Origin: an uncultured Actinomycetota bacterium
Lineage (GTDB): Bacteria > Actinomycetota > Actinomycetes > Mycobacteriales > CADCTP01
Assembly (NCBI GenBank): GCA_963766325.1
Contig: CAVXZF010000007.1
Location: 93,706-157,705 of the forward strand
Direction: 5' to 3'
DNA length: 64,000 nucleotides
The notes below the pieces were generated by a model. The model had not been told where the DNA came from and made no database searches. It saw nothing but the letters and a program-made list of their open reading frames with translations. Positions within the stretch are counted from its first letter, which is position 1. Every line of letters starts with the position of its first letter. Positions 1 to 11,901 of this stretch are shown piece after piece. A program made the translations under genes and the position numbers.

Positions 1-270
1 CACGTCGACAACGACGCGCTCATGGCATTCTCCAAGCGCGACGACGAGACCGGCGACACCGTGCTCGTCATCGTCACCCTCGACCCCTACGCGGCCCAGG
101 AAGGGACCACGTCCCTCGACATGCCGGCGCTGGGGCTGGACTGGCACGACCGCTTCATCGCCCACGACGAGATGAGCGGCGGCCGGCGCGACTACGAGTG
201 GGGGCAGTTCAACTTCGTCCGGCTCGACCCGCACGTCGAGCCGGCTCACGTCTTCGTGGTGCGGCGTTGA
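1..270 (+). CDS. glgE: Alpha-1,4-glucan:maltose-1-phosphate maltosyltransferase GlgE, C-terminal end only (gene starts upstream of window)
   Basis: Frame 1 is open from nt 1 to TGA 268-270. The tail ...DYEWGQFNFVRLDPHVEPAHVFVV looks like the GlgE C-terminal domain. It lies directly upstream of treS-pep2-glgB, the conserved actinobacterial GlgE-pathway cluster. Confidence 0.6.
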   Translation, partial: HVDNDALMAFSKRDDETGDTVLVIVTLDPYAAQEGTTSLDMPALGLDWHDRFIAHDEMSGGRRDYEWGQFNFVRLDPHVEPAHVFVVRR

Positions 271-282
271 TCAGGAGTGTTC

Positions 283-2084
<1,802 letters not shown>

Positions 2085-2088
<4 letters not shown>

Positions 2089-3491
2089 TGGCTGCCCCCG
2101 CCGAGCTCGCCGGCCTGCTGGAGGCCTGGCTGCCGGGGCAGCGCTGGTTCGCCGGCAAGGGCCGGTCGTTCGCCGTCACCGGCGTCGACGCGCTCGGTGT
2201 CCTCACCGTGCGGCCCTGGCGCAGCGACCTCTGGCTGGTCCAGGTCCGGTACGCCGACGACGGCTCGACGGAGACTTATCAAGTGCCGCTGGTCCGCCGG
2301 CCGCAGCCGGCCGACCAGGTCGCGCACGTGCTGGTCGGCGAGACGGCGGACCCGGACTACGGCGGCCGGTCGTGGTGGTACGACGCGCTGCACGACAAGG
2401 AGGTCACCGGCGCCTGGGTGGCCGGCATCGACGCCGACCGGTCCGAGGACGGGCTGCACTTCAGCCGGGGCCGGGACGCCGGCGAGCTGCCGCTGGACGC
2501 GGCCAGCCTGCCGATCCCCCACGAGCAGAGCAACACGTCGCTGGTCTTCGACGACGACGCGATCCTCAAGGTCTTCCGCCGGGTCTACCCGGGCCACAAC
2601 CCGGACATCGAGGTGCACGAGGCGCTGTCCCAGGTGGACGGTGGGTCGCGGCACGTGGCCCGGCTGCTCGGGCACGTCTCCGGGCAGTGGCCCGAGACCG
2701 GCGACCGGGTCGACCTGGCCATGCTGCAGGAGTTCTTCCGGACCGCCAGCGATGGCTGGGAGCTGGCCAAGATCAGCATCCGCGACCTCTACGCCGAGGC
2801 CGACCTGCACGCCAGCGAGGTCGGCGGCGACTTCGCCGGCGAGGCGCAGCGGCTCGGGCAGGCGACCGCGGAGGTGCATGCCGACCTCGCCCGGGCGCTG
2901 CCCACCGCCGAGCTCGGCCCGGACGAGCTGGCCGAGAAGGCGGCCGGGATGCGCCGCCGGCTGGACGTCGCGGTCGCCGCCGTCCCCCAGCTGGAGCCGT
3001 ACACGGACGGCCTGCAGGCAGCCTTCGACGCGCTCGCCACCCACGAGGCGCCGGTCCCGGTGCAGCGGGTGCACGGCGACTACCACCTCGGCCAGGTGCT
3101 GCGCACCTCGCACCGGTGGGTGGTGCTCGACTTCGAGGGCGAGCCAGCCAAGCCGCTGGACGAGCGGACCGGGCTGGACTCGCCCATCCGGGACCTGGCC
3201 GGGATGCTCCGCTCGTTCGAGTACGCGGCGCAGCACCTGCTGCACGACCACCCGTACGAGCCGCACCTCTCCTACCGTGCGGAGGAGTGGGCGCAGCGCA
3301 ATCGGGAAGCCTTCTGTGCCGGCTACGCCGACGCGGGCGGGCCCGACCCGCGCACCGACCCGGTGCTGCTGCGGGCGTACGAGGCGGACAAGGCGGTGTA
3401 CGAAGCGGTGTACGAGGCCCGCAACCGGCCGTCCTGGCTGCCGATCCCGCTGGCGTCGCTGGCGCGGCTGACCGAAGGAGCCCGATCGTGA
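2085..3491 (+). CDS. pep2: Maltokinase (maltose 1-phosphate forming; Pep2/Mak)
   Basis: Kinase-fold motifs [10 protein letters not shown] and VVLDFEGEP. The start overlaps the treS stop (GTGATG). The position between treS and glgB matches other actinomycetes. Confidence 0.8.
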
Positions 3492-3573
3492 GCGCGAGGG
3501 CTCGCAGCGAGAGCGAGGGACCGACGGCGGCCGGCGGGCCGCCCGCGGCACGCTTGTCGACGGAGGGGGCATC

Positions 3574-6195
3574 GTGACATCGACCGACCTGGCCGCCGAC
3601 CCGACCGGAGTGACCCGGGAGGAGCTGGACCGGCTCGTCGGCGGGGCGCACCACGACCCGCACTCGCTGCTCGGCCTGCACCCGGTGCGGGCCGCCCGGG
3701 CGGTGCCGGAGCGGGCGCCGGTCGCCTCGCCCGGGTCCGGGCAGCAGGCGATCGACACCGCCACCGACCCCACCGCCGCCCAGCCCGCCACCAACGGGGT
3801 CGCGGGTGCGGGCGCCGCCGCGGGTGCGGGCGCCGACACCGAGTCCCCGACCGAGGCCCCGACCGCCCCAGCCGCCCCAGCCGCCCCGACGGACCCGGCC
3901 GCCCAGACCTCCCCAGCCGCCCAGACCTCCCCAGCCGCCCCGACCTCCCCAGCCGCCCCGACGGATCCGGCTGCCCGGACCGCCCCAGCCGCTCCGGCCG
4001 GCGCGGGCGATCCGTCGACCGGCTCGCTGGAAGCGGGCGCCGACCCGGACCCCGGCACCGAGCCCGAGGCTGAGGTCGGCACCCTCGTGCTGCGCACCCT
4101 GCGCCCGGACGCCGGCCGGGTGGTCGCCGTCGTCGGCGACCGGCGGCACGAGCTGGACCGGGTGCACCCCGGCGGCGTGTTCGCCGGCCTGCTGCCCGGT
4201 CCGCCCGCCGACTACCGGCTCGAGGTGACCTACCCGGGCACCGGCGGCGGTCCGGACGAGACGATCACGGTCGACGACGCGTACCGGTGGCTGCCGACGC
4301 TGGGCGAGATCGACCTGCACCTGATCGGCGAGGGCCGGCACGAGCGGCTCTGGGAGGCGCTGGGCGCGCATTTCCGGACGTACGAGACCCCGCACGGGCC
4401 GGTCAGCGGCACCTCCTTCGCGGTGTGGGCGCCGAGTGCGCGGGGCGTCCGGGTCACCGGCGACTTCGACTACTGGCAGCGGCGCGCGTACCCGATGCGC
4501 TCGCTCGGCTCCAGCGGCATCTGGGAGATCTTCGTCCCGGGCGTGGTGCCCGGCGCGAAGTACAAGTTCTCCATCCTCGGCCGGGACGGCCGCTGGCGGG
4601 ACAAGGCCGACCCGCTGGCGTTCCAGACCGAGCGGACCCCGGCGACGGCGTCGGTGGTGCACAGCTCGACCCACCTGTGGTCCGACGACGAGTGGATGGC
4701 CAAGCGCGCGTCCACCCGCTGGCACGCCGCGCCGATGAGCACGTACGAGGTGCACCTCGGCTCCTGGCGCAAGGGCCTCGGCTACCGCGACGCGGCCGAC
4801 CAGCTGGCCGACTACCTGGTCGAGACCGGCTTCACCCACGTCGAGCTGCTGCCGCTGGCCGAGCACCCGTACGACGGGTCCTGGGGTTACCAGGTCACCT
4901 CGTTCTTCGCCCCGACCGCCCGCTTCGGCACCCCGGACGACTTCCGCTACTTCGTCGACCGGATGCACCAGGCCGGCATCGGCGTGATCATGGACTGGGT
5001 GCCCGGGCACTTCCCCAAGGACGAGTGGGCGCTGGCCCGCTTCGACGGCGGCCCGCTGTACGAGCACCCCGACCCGCGCCGCGGCGAGCAGCCGGACTGG
5101 GGCACGCTCGTCTTCGACTTCGGCCGCCGCGAGGTCCGCAACTTCCTGGTCGCGAACGCGCTCTACTGGCTCGAGGAGTTCCACATCGACGGGCTGCGGG
5201 TGGACGCGGTCGCCTCGATGCTCTACCTGGACTACTCCCGGCCGGCCGGGGAGTGGCTGCCCAACCAGTACGGCGGCCGGGAAAACCTGGAGGCCATCGC
5301 CTTCCTGCAGGAGATGAACGCGACCGTCTACCGACGGGTGCCGGGCGCGATCACGATCGCCGAGGAGTCGACCGCCTGGCCGGGCGTCACCCGGCCCACC
5401 CACCTCGGCGGGCTCGGCTTCGGCTTCAAGTGGAACATGGGGTGGATGCACGACACCCTGGACTACGCGTCCAAGGCGCCGATCTACCGGCAGTGGCACC
5501 ACCACCAGATGACCTTCTCGATGATGTACGCGTTCAGCGAGAACTACATGCTCCCGCTGTCGCACGACGAGGTCGTACACGGCAAGAAGTCGCTGCTCGG
5601 CCGGATGCCCGGCGACCACTGGCAGCAGGCGGCCACCCTGCGGGCGCTGTACGCGTACATGTGGGCCCATCCGGGCAAGCAGCTGCTGTTCATGGGCGGC
5701 GAGTTCGGCCAGGGCGCGGAGTGGGCCGACGGCCGGTCGCTGGACTGGTGGCTGCTGGACGACCCGCTGCACGGCGGGCTGCAGCGGCTCGTCGGCGACC
5801 TCAACCAGGCCTACCGGTCCGCCCCGGCGCTGTGGACGCAGGACACCTCGCCGGCCGGCTTCTCCTGGATCGACGCCAACGACGCCAGCAACAACACGTT
5901 CTCCTTCCTGCGCTGGGGCGACGAGGGCTCGGTGCTGGCCTGCGTGGTCAACTTCGCCAGCGTGCCGCACGAGGGCTACCGGCTCGGGCTGCCCCGCGCC
6001 GGCCGCTGGGTCGAGACGGTCAACACCGACGCCACCGTCTACGGCGGCTCCGGGGTGGGCAACATGGGCGAGGTCACCGCCGACCCCCAGCCCTGGCACG
6101 GCCAGCCCGCGTCGGTGCGGCTGCGGGTGCCGCCGCTGGGCGCCCTGTGGCTTCGCTACACCGGTGCGGCCATGCCCGACGGCACGGAGGACTGA
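3574..6195 (+). CDS. glgB: 1,4-alpha-glucan branching enzyme with a ~131-aa Pro/Ala/Thr-rich insertion in the N-terminal domain
   Basis: GH13 motifs [36 protein letters not shown] and [18 protein letters not shown] lies 4-5 nt before GTG 3574. Confidence 0.9.
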   Translation: MTSTDLAADPTGVTREELDRLVGGAHHDPHSLLGLHPVRAARAVPERAPVASPGSGQQAIDTATDPTAAQPATNGVAGAGAAAGAGADTESPTEAPTAPAAPAAPTDPAAQTSPAAQTSPAAPTSPAAPTDPAARTAPAAPAGAGDPSTGSLEAGADPDPGTEPEAEVGTLVLRTLRPDAGRVVAVVGDRRHELDRVHPGGVFAGLLPGPPADYRLEVTYPGTGGGPDETITVDDAYRWLPTLGEIDLHLIGEGRHERLWEALGAHFRTYETPHGPVSGTSFAVWAPSARGVRVTGDFDYWQRRAYPMRSLGSSGIWEIFVPGVVPGAKYKFSILGRDGRWRDKADPLAFQTERTPATASVVHSSTHLWSDDEWMAKRASTRWHAAPMSTYEVHLGSWRKGLGYRDAADQLADYLVETGFTHVELLPLAEHPYDGSWGYQVTSFFAPTARFGTPDDFRYFVDRMHQAGIGVIMDWVPGHFPKDEWALARFDGGPLYEHPDPRRGEQPDWGTLVFDFGRREVRNFLVANALYWLEEFHIDGLRVDAVASMLYLDYSRPAGEWLPNQYGGRENLEAIAFLQEMNATVYRRVPGAITIAEESTAWPGVTRPTHLGGLGFGFKWNMGWMHDTLDYASKAPIYRQWHHHQMTFSMMYAFSENYMLPLSHDEVVHGKKSLLGRMPGDHWQQAATLRALYAYMWAHPGKQLLFMGGEFGQGAEWADGRSLDWWLLDDPLHGGLQRLVGDLNQAYRSAPALWTQDTSPAGFSWIDANDASNNTFSFLRWGDEGSVLACVVNFASVPHEGYRLGLPRAGRWVETVNTDATVYGGSGVGNMGEVTADPQPWHGQPASVRLRVPPLGALWLRYTGAAMPDGTED
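3865..3990 (+). repeat. In-frame 9/18-bp repeats (gccccagcc; gcccagacctccccagcc) inside glgB
   Basis: Read directly. The repeats encode [37 protein letters not shown]. Confidence 0.85.
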
Positions 6196-6297
6196 CACCC
6201 TCCACACGCCGCCGCTGGCACGCTGTGGGGAGGTCTCCCGCGGGGCCCTCCGGCAGGATGGGGAACGACGGCGGTGCGGACGAGGGGTGGTTCGGCT

Positions 6298-7647
6298 ATG
6301 TCCTCCAGGAGCGTGCGGGCCCGGGTCGCGGTGCTGGCCGTGCTCGGTCTGCTGGCCAGCGGCTGCGCGCAGCAGGTCCCCGGCCTGGGCAGCTACTCGT
6401 CCGGCCGGACCGCCGTGGCCGACGCCAAGGTCGCCATCGAGGGCACCGACAACGGCGAGATCGACAAGCTCGCCGGCAACGCGATCGCGGACATCGAGAA
6501 GTTCTGGACCGAGCAGATGCCCGAGGTCTTCAACGAGCGCTACGACAAGGTCAAGGCGTATCACTCCATCGACCCGGACGGCAGCAGGGCCGCGCCGTGC
6601 ACCGACAGCGCCTCCGACATCCGCGGCAACGCGTTCTACTGCCCGTCCCGCGACGTCGTCGCCTGGGACCGCAAGGGCCTCTTCCCCGAGCTGCAGAAGC
6701 GCTTCGGCGACTTCCTCGTCGCCATGGTGCTCGCGCACGAGTGGGGGCACGCGATCCAGAAGCGCACCCGGATGCCGAGCAGCAAGACGATCGTGGTGGA
6801 GACCCAGGCCGACTGCTACGCCGGCGCCTGGACGCAGTACGCGCTCAAGGGCGGCGCGCCGCACTTCGAGATCGAGCGGCCCACGCTGGACAACGCGCTG
6901 TCCGGCTACCTGCTCTTCCGCGACCCGCTCGGGTCCGACCAGGACGACCGGCAGGCGCACGGCTCCGGCTTCGACCGGATCTCCGGCTTCCAGGACGGCT
7001 TCGAGAAGGGCGCGAAGTTCTGCACCACCTTCTCCGACACCCGGACCTTCACCCAGATCCGGTACGAGTCCGCCCGGGACGAGGCCCAGGAGGGCAACCT
7101 GCCGTTCGAGGACGCCTGGCGGCTGGGCACCGCGGACCTCGCCGAATACTGGGACAAGAGCTTCCGCACCACTTTCAACCAGGAGTGGGAGCCGGTGGCC
7201 GGTGTCGAGCAGTACTCCGGCAGCAAGCCCGGCTGCCAGGGCACCGAGAGCACCGCGGTGCGCTACTGCTCCGGCGAGGACAAGATCCTCGCCTCCACCG
7301 ACAGCCTCCGCCGGGTGGACCGGGAGACCGGCGACTTCGGCATGATGAGCCTGCTCGCGATCGCGTACGGGCAGGCGGTCCGCAAGCGGATCGGCAAGCC
7401 GATCAACGGCGACTCGGCTCTGCTCGGCTCCATCTGCCTGGCCGGCGGGTACGCGCGGGACTCCTTCGACAAGAAGCGTCCGGACGCGGAGATCACCCTG
7501 TCGCCGGGCGACCTCGACGAGGCGGTGCAGACGCTGCTCAACTTCGTCGGCAGGCAGGACGGCTTCTTCGTGGCCCGCAGCACCACCGGCTTCGACCGGG
7601 TGTCCGCCTACCGCAGCGGGTTCAACGACATCAAGGCCTGCCCCTGA
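6298..7647 (+). CDS. Putative secreted/lipoprotein neutral zinc metallopeptidase
   Basis: Signal peptide ending in a lipobox-like LLASGC. HEWGHAIQ (HExxH) zinc motif. The upstream start 6274 given in the track is an alternative. Confidence 0.65.
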   Translation: MSSRSVRARVAVLAVLGLLASGCAQQVPGLGSYSSGRTAVADAKVAIEGTDNGEIDKLAGNAIADIEKFWTEQMPEVFNERYDKVKAYHSIDPDGSRAAPCTDSASDIRGNAFYCPSRDVVAWDRKGLFPELQKRFGDFLVAMVLAHEWGHAIQKRTRMPSSKTIVVETQADCYAGAWTQYALKGGAPHFEIERPTLDNALSGYLLFRDPLGSDQDDRQAHGSGFDRISGFQDGFEKGAKFCTTFSDTRTFTQIRYESARDEAQEGNLPFEDAWRLGTADLAEYWDKSFRTTFNQEWEPVAGVEQYSGSKPGCQGTESTAVRYCSGEDKILASTDSLRRVDRETGDFGMMSLLAIAYGQAVRKRIGKPINGDSALLGSICLAGGYARDSFDKKRPDAEITLSPGDLDEAVQTLLNFVGRQDGFFVARSTTGFDRVSAYRSGFNDIKACP

Positions 7648-7650
7648 CGC

Positions 7651-7673
7651 GAGCCGGCTCCACCAGCCGGCTC
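7651..7673. terminator. Hairpin between the convergent metallopeptidase and thioredoxin-domain genes
   Basis: Perfect 9-bp stem GAGCCGGCT / AGCCGGCTC with loop CCACC. The right arm overlaps the thioredoxin-gene stop codon. Confidence 0.5.
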
Positions 7674-8652
7674 AGTAGAGCGCGCGGGAGAGGTCGCGGC
7701 GGGCCACGGTGACCCGCGGGTCGTCGGTCCCGACCACGCCGAAGAGCTCGACCAGCCGGGTCCGGGCCTGCTCCCGCTCGGCTCCCGCGGTGCGGCGCAC
7801 CGTGCCGAGCAGCCGGCGGAAGGCGCCGTCGACGTCGCCCTCGGCCAGCTCGACGTCGGCCGCGAGCAGCTGGGCGTCCAGGTCGTCGGGGGCGGCGTCG
7901 GCGCGGGCGACCGCGTCGGCCGGCGCGGCGGTGACCCGGCGGAGCAGCTCGACCTCGCGCAGCGCGGCGGCGGCCCGCGGGTGGCCCGGGTCGGCGGCGA
8001 GAATCTGCTGGTAGAGCCGGGCCGCGGTGTCGAAGTCGCCGGCCGCGGTGGCGTCCTCCGCCTCGAGCACCTGCGGGTCGTCTGGCTCCGCGGGCAGCTC
8101 GGCGTCCTCCCCGGGCGGGCCGGCCGGGGCCGCGCCGCTGGTCGCCTCGACCACCGCCTGGACGAACTGGCGGACCTGCGCCTCGGGCAGCGCGCCGGCG
8201 AACTCGCCGAGAACCTGGCCCTGGAAGACCGCCTTGACCGCCGGGATGCTCTGCACCCGCAGCGCCTGGGCCAGCGCCTGGTTGGAGTCCACATCGACCT
8301 TGGCCAGCACCCAGGCGCCGCCGCCCTCGGCGGCCAGCCGCTCCAGCACCGGGGACAGCTGCTTGCACGGCCCGCACCACTCGGCCCACAGGTCGAGGAT
8401 CACCGGGGTGCGGAACGAGCGGTCCAGCACCTCGGCCTGGAAGGTCGTCTCGGTGACGTCGAGCACGGTCACCGGCGCGGCCGGGGCGCCGCCGCCGTCG
8501 GGCGCCTGGGCCTGCGCGGCGGCCTGCGCCTCGGCCCGGTCCCGGGCCTCGGCCCGCGCCTTCAGCGCGGACAGGTCGACCGCGCCGGCGAGCGCGGCGG
8601 ACAGAGCGGGGCTGGGCGCGGGAGCACCCCGCGACGGACGACCAGGCTGCAT
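7672..8652 (-). CDS. Thioredoxin-domain protein with TPR-like C-terminal half (YbbN-like co-chaperone)
   Basis: WAEWCGPCKQL active-site motif followed by a helical repeat region. Same map position as Rv1324 in M. tuberculosis. Confidence 0.8.
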   Translation of the reverse strand: MQPGRPSRGAPAPSPALSAALAGAVDLSALKARAEARDRAEAQAAAQAQAPDGGGAPAAPVTVLDVTETTFQAEVLDRSFRTPVILDLWAEWCGPCKQLSPVLERLAAEGGGAWVLAKVDVDSNQALAQALRVQSIPAVKAVFQGQVLGEFAGALPEAQVRQFVQAVVEATSGAAPAGPPGEDAELPAEPDDPQVLEAEDATAAGDFDTAARLYQQILAADPGHPRAAAALREVELLRRVTAAPADAVARADAAPDDLDAQLLAADVELAEGDVDGAFRRLLGTVRRTAGAEREQARTRLVELFGVVGTDDPRVTVARRDLSRALY

Positions 8653-8710
8653 GTGCCCAGCCTAACCACGCCACCACCCCCGCCGCCGACCCCGCCCCGC
8701 CCCGCCCTCC

Positions 8711-8800
8711 TCCGCCTCCGCCTCCGCCTCCGCCGACTGCGGAGTTCCGCCGCCGACTGAGCAGCTGTAGCTCCTCAGTCGGTGCCGAACTTCTCAGTCG
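8711..8800. repeat. (TCCGCC)4 microsatellite followed by a small two-orientation member of the GACTGA/TCAGTC repeat family (2+2 units, 19-20 bp spacing)
   Basis: GACTG cores at 8735 and 8755. TCAGTC cores at 8775 and 8794. The inner arms CCGACTGAG / CTCAGTCGG are complementary. Confidence 0.85.
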
Positions 8801-8831
8801 CGGGCGGCGGGGGCCGCGGCAGGGGGCGGGG

Positions 8832-10508
8832 TCAGAAGCGGGCGGGCTCGGTGTACGACCCCCACTCGTCGCGCAGGGCGCCGCAGATCTCGCCCAGGGT
8901 GGCCTCGGCGCGGGCAGCGGCGAGCATCGGCGGGACCATGTTGGCGTCGGACCGTGCCGCCTCGACCATCGCGGCCAGCGCGGACCGGACCGCGGCGTCG
9001 TCCCGGGCGGCCCGCCGGGCGGCCAGCACCCGGACCTGCTCGCGCTCCACCTCGCCGCTGATCCGCAGGATCTCCAGGTCCTCGCCCTCGCCGCCCGGGT
9101 ACGCGTTGACCCCGACGACCTTCTTGTCGCCCTTCTCCACGGCTTGCTGGTAGCGGAAGGCGGCCTCGGCGATCTCGCCCATGAACCAGCCGTCCTCGAT
9201 GCCGCGCAGGATGCCGGAGGTCATCGAGCCGTCGGTGCCCATGTCCCGGATCCGGGCGAAGATCTCCTCGGCCTGCCGCTCCAGCTCGTCGGTGAGCGCC
9301 TCGACGTACCAGGAGCCGCCGAGCGGGTCGGCGACGTTCATCACGCCGGTCTCCTCGGCGATGACCTGCTGGGTGCGCAGCGCGATCTGGGCGGCCCGCG
9401 CGCTGGGCAGCGCGAGCACCTCGTCGAGCGCGTTGGTGTGCAGCGAGTTGGTGCCGCCGAGCACGGCGGCCAGCGCCTCGACCGCGGTCCGGACGATGTT
9501 GTTGTCCGGCTGCTGCGCGGTCAGCGAGACGCCGGCGGTCTGGGTGTGGAAGCGCAGCCACTGCGCCCGCTCGGTCTTGGCGCCGTAGACGTCGCGCAGC
9601 CAGCGGGCCCAGATCCGCCGGGCGGCACGGAACTTCGCGATCTCCTCGAAGAAGTCGACGTGCGCGTCGAAGAAGAACGACAGCCCGGGCGCGAACTGCT
9701 CGACGTCCAGGCCTCGGGACAGGCCCAGCTCGACGTACCCGAACCCGTCGGCGAGGGTGAACGCGAGCTCCTGCGCGGCGGTCGAGCCAGCCTCCCGGAT
9801 GTGGTAGCCGGAGACCGACAGCGGCTTGTACGCCGGGATCTCGGCCGCGCAGAACTCCATCAGATCGCCGATGAGCCGCAGGTGCGGCTCGGGACCGAAG
9901 AGCCACTCCTTCTGCGCGATGTACTCCTTGAAGATGTCGGTCTGCAGCGTGCCGTCCAGCCCGCGCAGGCCGGTGCCCTGCCGCTCGGCGGCCACCAGAT
10001 ACATGCAGAAAACCGGCACCGCCGGCCCGCTGATCGTCATCGAGGTGGTGACGTCGCCGAGCGGGATGTCGCGGAAGAGCAGGTCCATGTCCGCGGCCGA
10101 GTCGATCGCGACCCCGCAGTGGCCGACCTCGCCCAGGCTGCGCGGGTCGTCGGAGTCGCGGCCCATCAGCGTCGGCATGTCGAAGGCGACCGACAGCCCG
10201 CCGCCGCCCTCGGCCAGGATCATCCGGTAGCGCTCGTTGGTCTGCTCGGCGTTGCCGAAGCCGGCGAACTGCCGGATCGTCCACGGCCGGCCCCGGTAGC
10301 CGGTCGGGTAGAGCCCGCGGGTGAACGGGAACTCCCCCGGCCAGCCGATCCGCTCGAAGCCGGGACCGGCGTCGCCCGGTCCGGTCGGGCCGTAGACCGG
10401 GGCCACCTCGACCCCGGACAGGGTGGTGAAGTCGGCGTCGCGCTTGCGGGCCGCGTCGTAGCGGGCCTGCCAGCGGGCACGCCCGGCGGCGATCTCGTCG
10501 GGTGTCAC
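8832..10508 (-). CDS. icmA: Acyl-CoA mutase large (substrate-binding) subunit, isobutyryl-CoA mutase IcmA-like; no B12-binding domain
   Basis: Mutase TIM-barrel sequence. The specificity positions read [11 protein letters not shown] and [10 protein letters not shown], i.e. Phe and Gln as in IcmA where methylmalonyl-CoA mutase has Tyr and Arg. Confidence 0.7.
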   Translation of the reverse strand: MTPDEIAAGRARWQARYDAARKRDADFTTLSGVEVAPVYGPTGPGDAGPGFERIGWPGEFPFTRGLYPTGYRGRPWTIRQFAGFGNAEQTNERYRMILAEGGGGLSVAFDMPTLMGRDSDDPRSLGEVGHCGVAIDSAADMDLLFRDIPLGDVTTSMTISGPAVPVFCMYLVAAERQGTGLRGLDGTLQTDIFKEYIAQKEWLFGPEPHLRLIGDLMEFCAAEIPAYKPLSVSGYHIREAGSTAAQELAFTLADGFGYVELGLSRGLDVEQFAPGLSFFFDAHVDFFEEIAKFRAARRIWARWLRDVYGAKTERAQWLRFHTQTAGVSLTAQQPDNNIVRTAVEALAAVLGGTNSLHTNALDEVLALPSARAAQIALRTQQVIAEETGVMNVADPLGGSWYVEALTDELERQAEEIFARIRDMGTDGSMTSGILRGIEDGWFMGEIAEAAFRYQQAVEKGDKKVVGVNAYPGGEGEDLEILRISGEVEREQVRVLAARRAARDDAAVRSALAAMVEAARSDANMVPPMLAAARAEATLGEICGALRDEWGSYTEPARF

Positions 10509-10515
10509 ACCGGAA

Positions 10516-10533
10516 TACTAGGACGTCCTAGTA
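10516..10533. promoter_or_regulatory. Perfect 18-bp palindrome TACTAGGACGTCCTAGTA in the divergent icmA / LLM-oxidoreductase promoter region (candidate operator)
   Basis: Perfect dyad, AT-richer than its surroundings. It lies 8 bp from the icmA start and 82 bp from the LLM start. Confidence 0.4.
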
Positions 10534-10614
10534 ACGGCGGCCAGCGGTCGGGGGCATATCGGCGGGGACCGCAGCGTTCTGCGGATAGTTGCAAGCTCAA
10601 CAAAGGAGCTGACG

Positions 10615-11901
10615 ATGCAGATCGGCGTGTTCTCGGTGGGCGATGTCACACCCGACCCCACCACGGGCCGGGAGCCGACCGAGGCCGAGCGGATCAAGGC
10701 GATGGTGGCCGTCGCGGTCAAGGCCGAGGAGGTCGGGCTCGACGTCTTCGCCACCGGCGAGCACCACAACCCGCCGTTCGTGCCCTCCTCGCCGACCACC
10801 CTGCTCGGCTTCGTGGCCGCACGCACGTCGCGGCTGCTGCTGTCCACGGCCACCACGCTGATCACCACCAACGACCCGGTGAAGATCGCCGAGGACTACG
10901 CGATGCTGCAGCACCTGGCCGACGGCCGGGTCGACCTCATGCTCGGCCGCGGCAACACCGGCCCCGTCTACCCGTGGTTCGGCCAGGACATCCGGACGGG
11001 CATCCCGCTGGCCGTGGAGAACTACGCGCTGCTGCGCCGGCTGTGGCGGGAGGACGTGGTCGACTGGGAGGGCCGATTCCGCACCCCGCTGCAGGGCTTC
11101 ACCTCGACCCCGCGGCCGCTGGACGGGGTGCCGCCGTTCGTCTGGCACGCCTCGATCCGGTCACCGGAGATCGCCGAGCAGGCGGCGTACTACGGCGACG
11201 GGTTCTTCCACAACAACATCTTCTGGCCGCCGTCGCACGTGCGGCGGATGGTCTCGCTGTACCGCCGGCGGTACGAGCACTACGGGCACGGCCCGGCCGC
11301 GCACGCGACCGTCGGGCTGGGCGGGCAGGTCTTCGTCCGCAAGAGCTCGCAGGACGCGGTGCGCGAGTTCCGGCCGTACTTCGACCGGGCGCCCGTGTAC
11401 GGGCACGGCCCGTCCCTGGAGGACTACATGGCCGAGACCCCGCTGACCGTGGGCAGCCCGCAGCAGGTCATCGACCGCACCCTCGGCTTCCGCGAGCTGG
11501 TCGGCGACTACCAGCGGCAGCTCTTCCTGGTCGACCACGCCGGACTGCCGCTGAAGACAGTGCTGGAGCAGCTGGACATCCTCGGCGAGGAGGTCGTGCC
11601 GGTGCTGCGGCGGGAGTTCGCCGCGCGGCGGCCGGCCGGCGTGCCGGAGGACCCGCCGACCCACGCCTCCCTGCTCGCCGACCAGCTGGCCGGGGCGGCC
11701 GAGCCGACCAGGTCGGTCCGCGCCACCGAGCCCGCCGGGACCGCCGGCGTGACCGTGGCCGGGACCGCCGGGACCGCCGGCGTGGCCGGGACCGTCGGGA
11801 CCGCCGGGACCGCCGGCGTGGCCGGGACCGTCGGCTTGGCCGGGACGACCGGCGGGGCCGGGACCGCCGTGGCGGTCGAGCCGGCCGGGGTGGCGCGATG
11901 A
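10615..11901 (+). CDS. LLM-class (luciferase-like) flavin-dependent oxidoreductase with repetitive Ala/Gly/Thr/Val C-terminal tail
   Basis: LLM fold sequence (MQIGVFSVGD.., GEHHNPPF). AAGGAG lies 6 nt before ATG 10615. The stop overlaps the next start (ATGA). Confidence 0.75.
   Translation: MQIGVFSVGDVTPDPTTGREPTEAERIKAMVAVAVKAEEVGLDVFATGEHHNPPFVPSSPTTLLGFVAARTSRLLLSTATTLITTNDPVKIAEDYAMLQHLADGRVDLMLGRGNTGPVYPWFGQDIRTGIPLAVENYALLRRLWREDVVDWEGRFRTPLQGFTSTPRPLDGVPPFVWHASIRSPEIAEQAAYYGDGFFHNNIFWPPSHVRRMVSLYRRRYEHYGHGPAAHATVGLGGQVFVRKSSQDAVREFRPYFDRAPVYGHGPSLEDYMAETPLTVGSPQQVIDRTLGFRELVGDYQRQLFLVDHAGLPLKTVLEQLDILGEEVVPVLRREFAARRPAGVPEDPPTHASLLADQLAGAAEPTRSVRATEPAGTAGVTVAGTAGTAGVAGTVGTAGTAGVAGTVGLAGTTGGAGTAVAVEPAGVAR
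11734..11871 (+). repeat. In-frame 9-bp repeat (gccgggacc and variants) at the 3' end of the LLM oxidoreductase gene
   Basis: Read directly. The repeats encode AGTAGVTVAGTAGTAGVAGTVGTAGTAGVAGTVGLAGTTGGAGTA. Confidence 0.85.

Noticed and set aside
2773-6960. 1395-aa ORF on the minus strand, the longest in the track
   Set aside because: It is antisense to pep2, glgB and the metallopeptidase gene, which all carry clear family motifs. Its translation is a monotonous Arg/Pro/Gly/Ala-rich string with no recognisable domain. It is a typical stop-codon-poor antisense frame of a high-GC genome.
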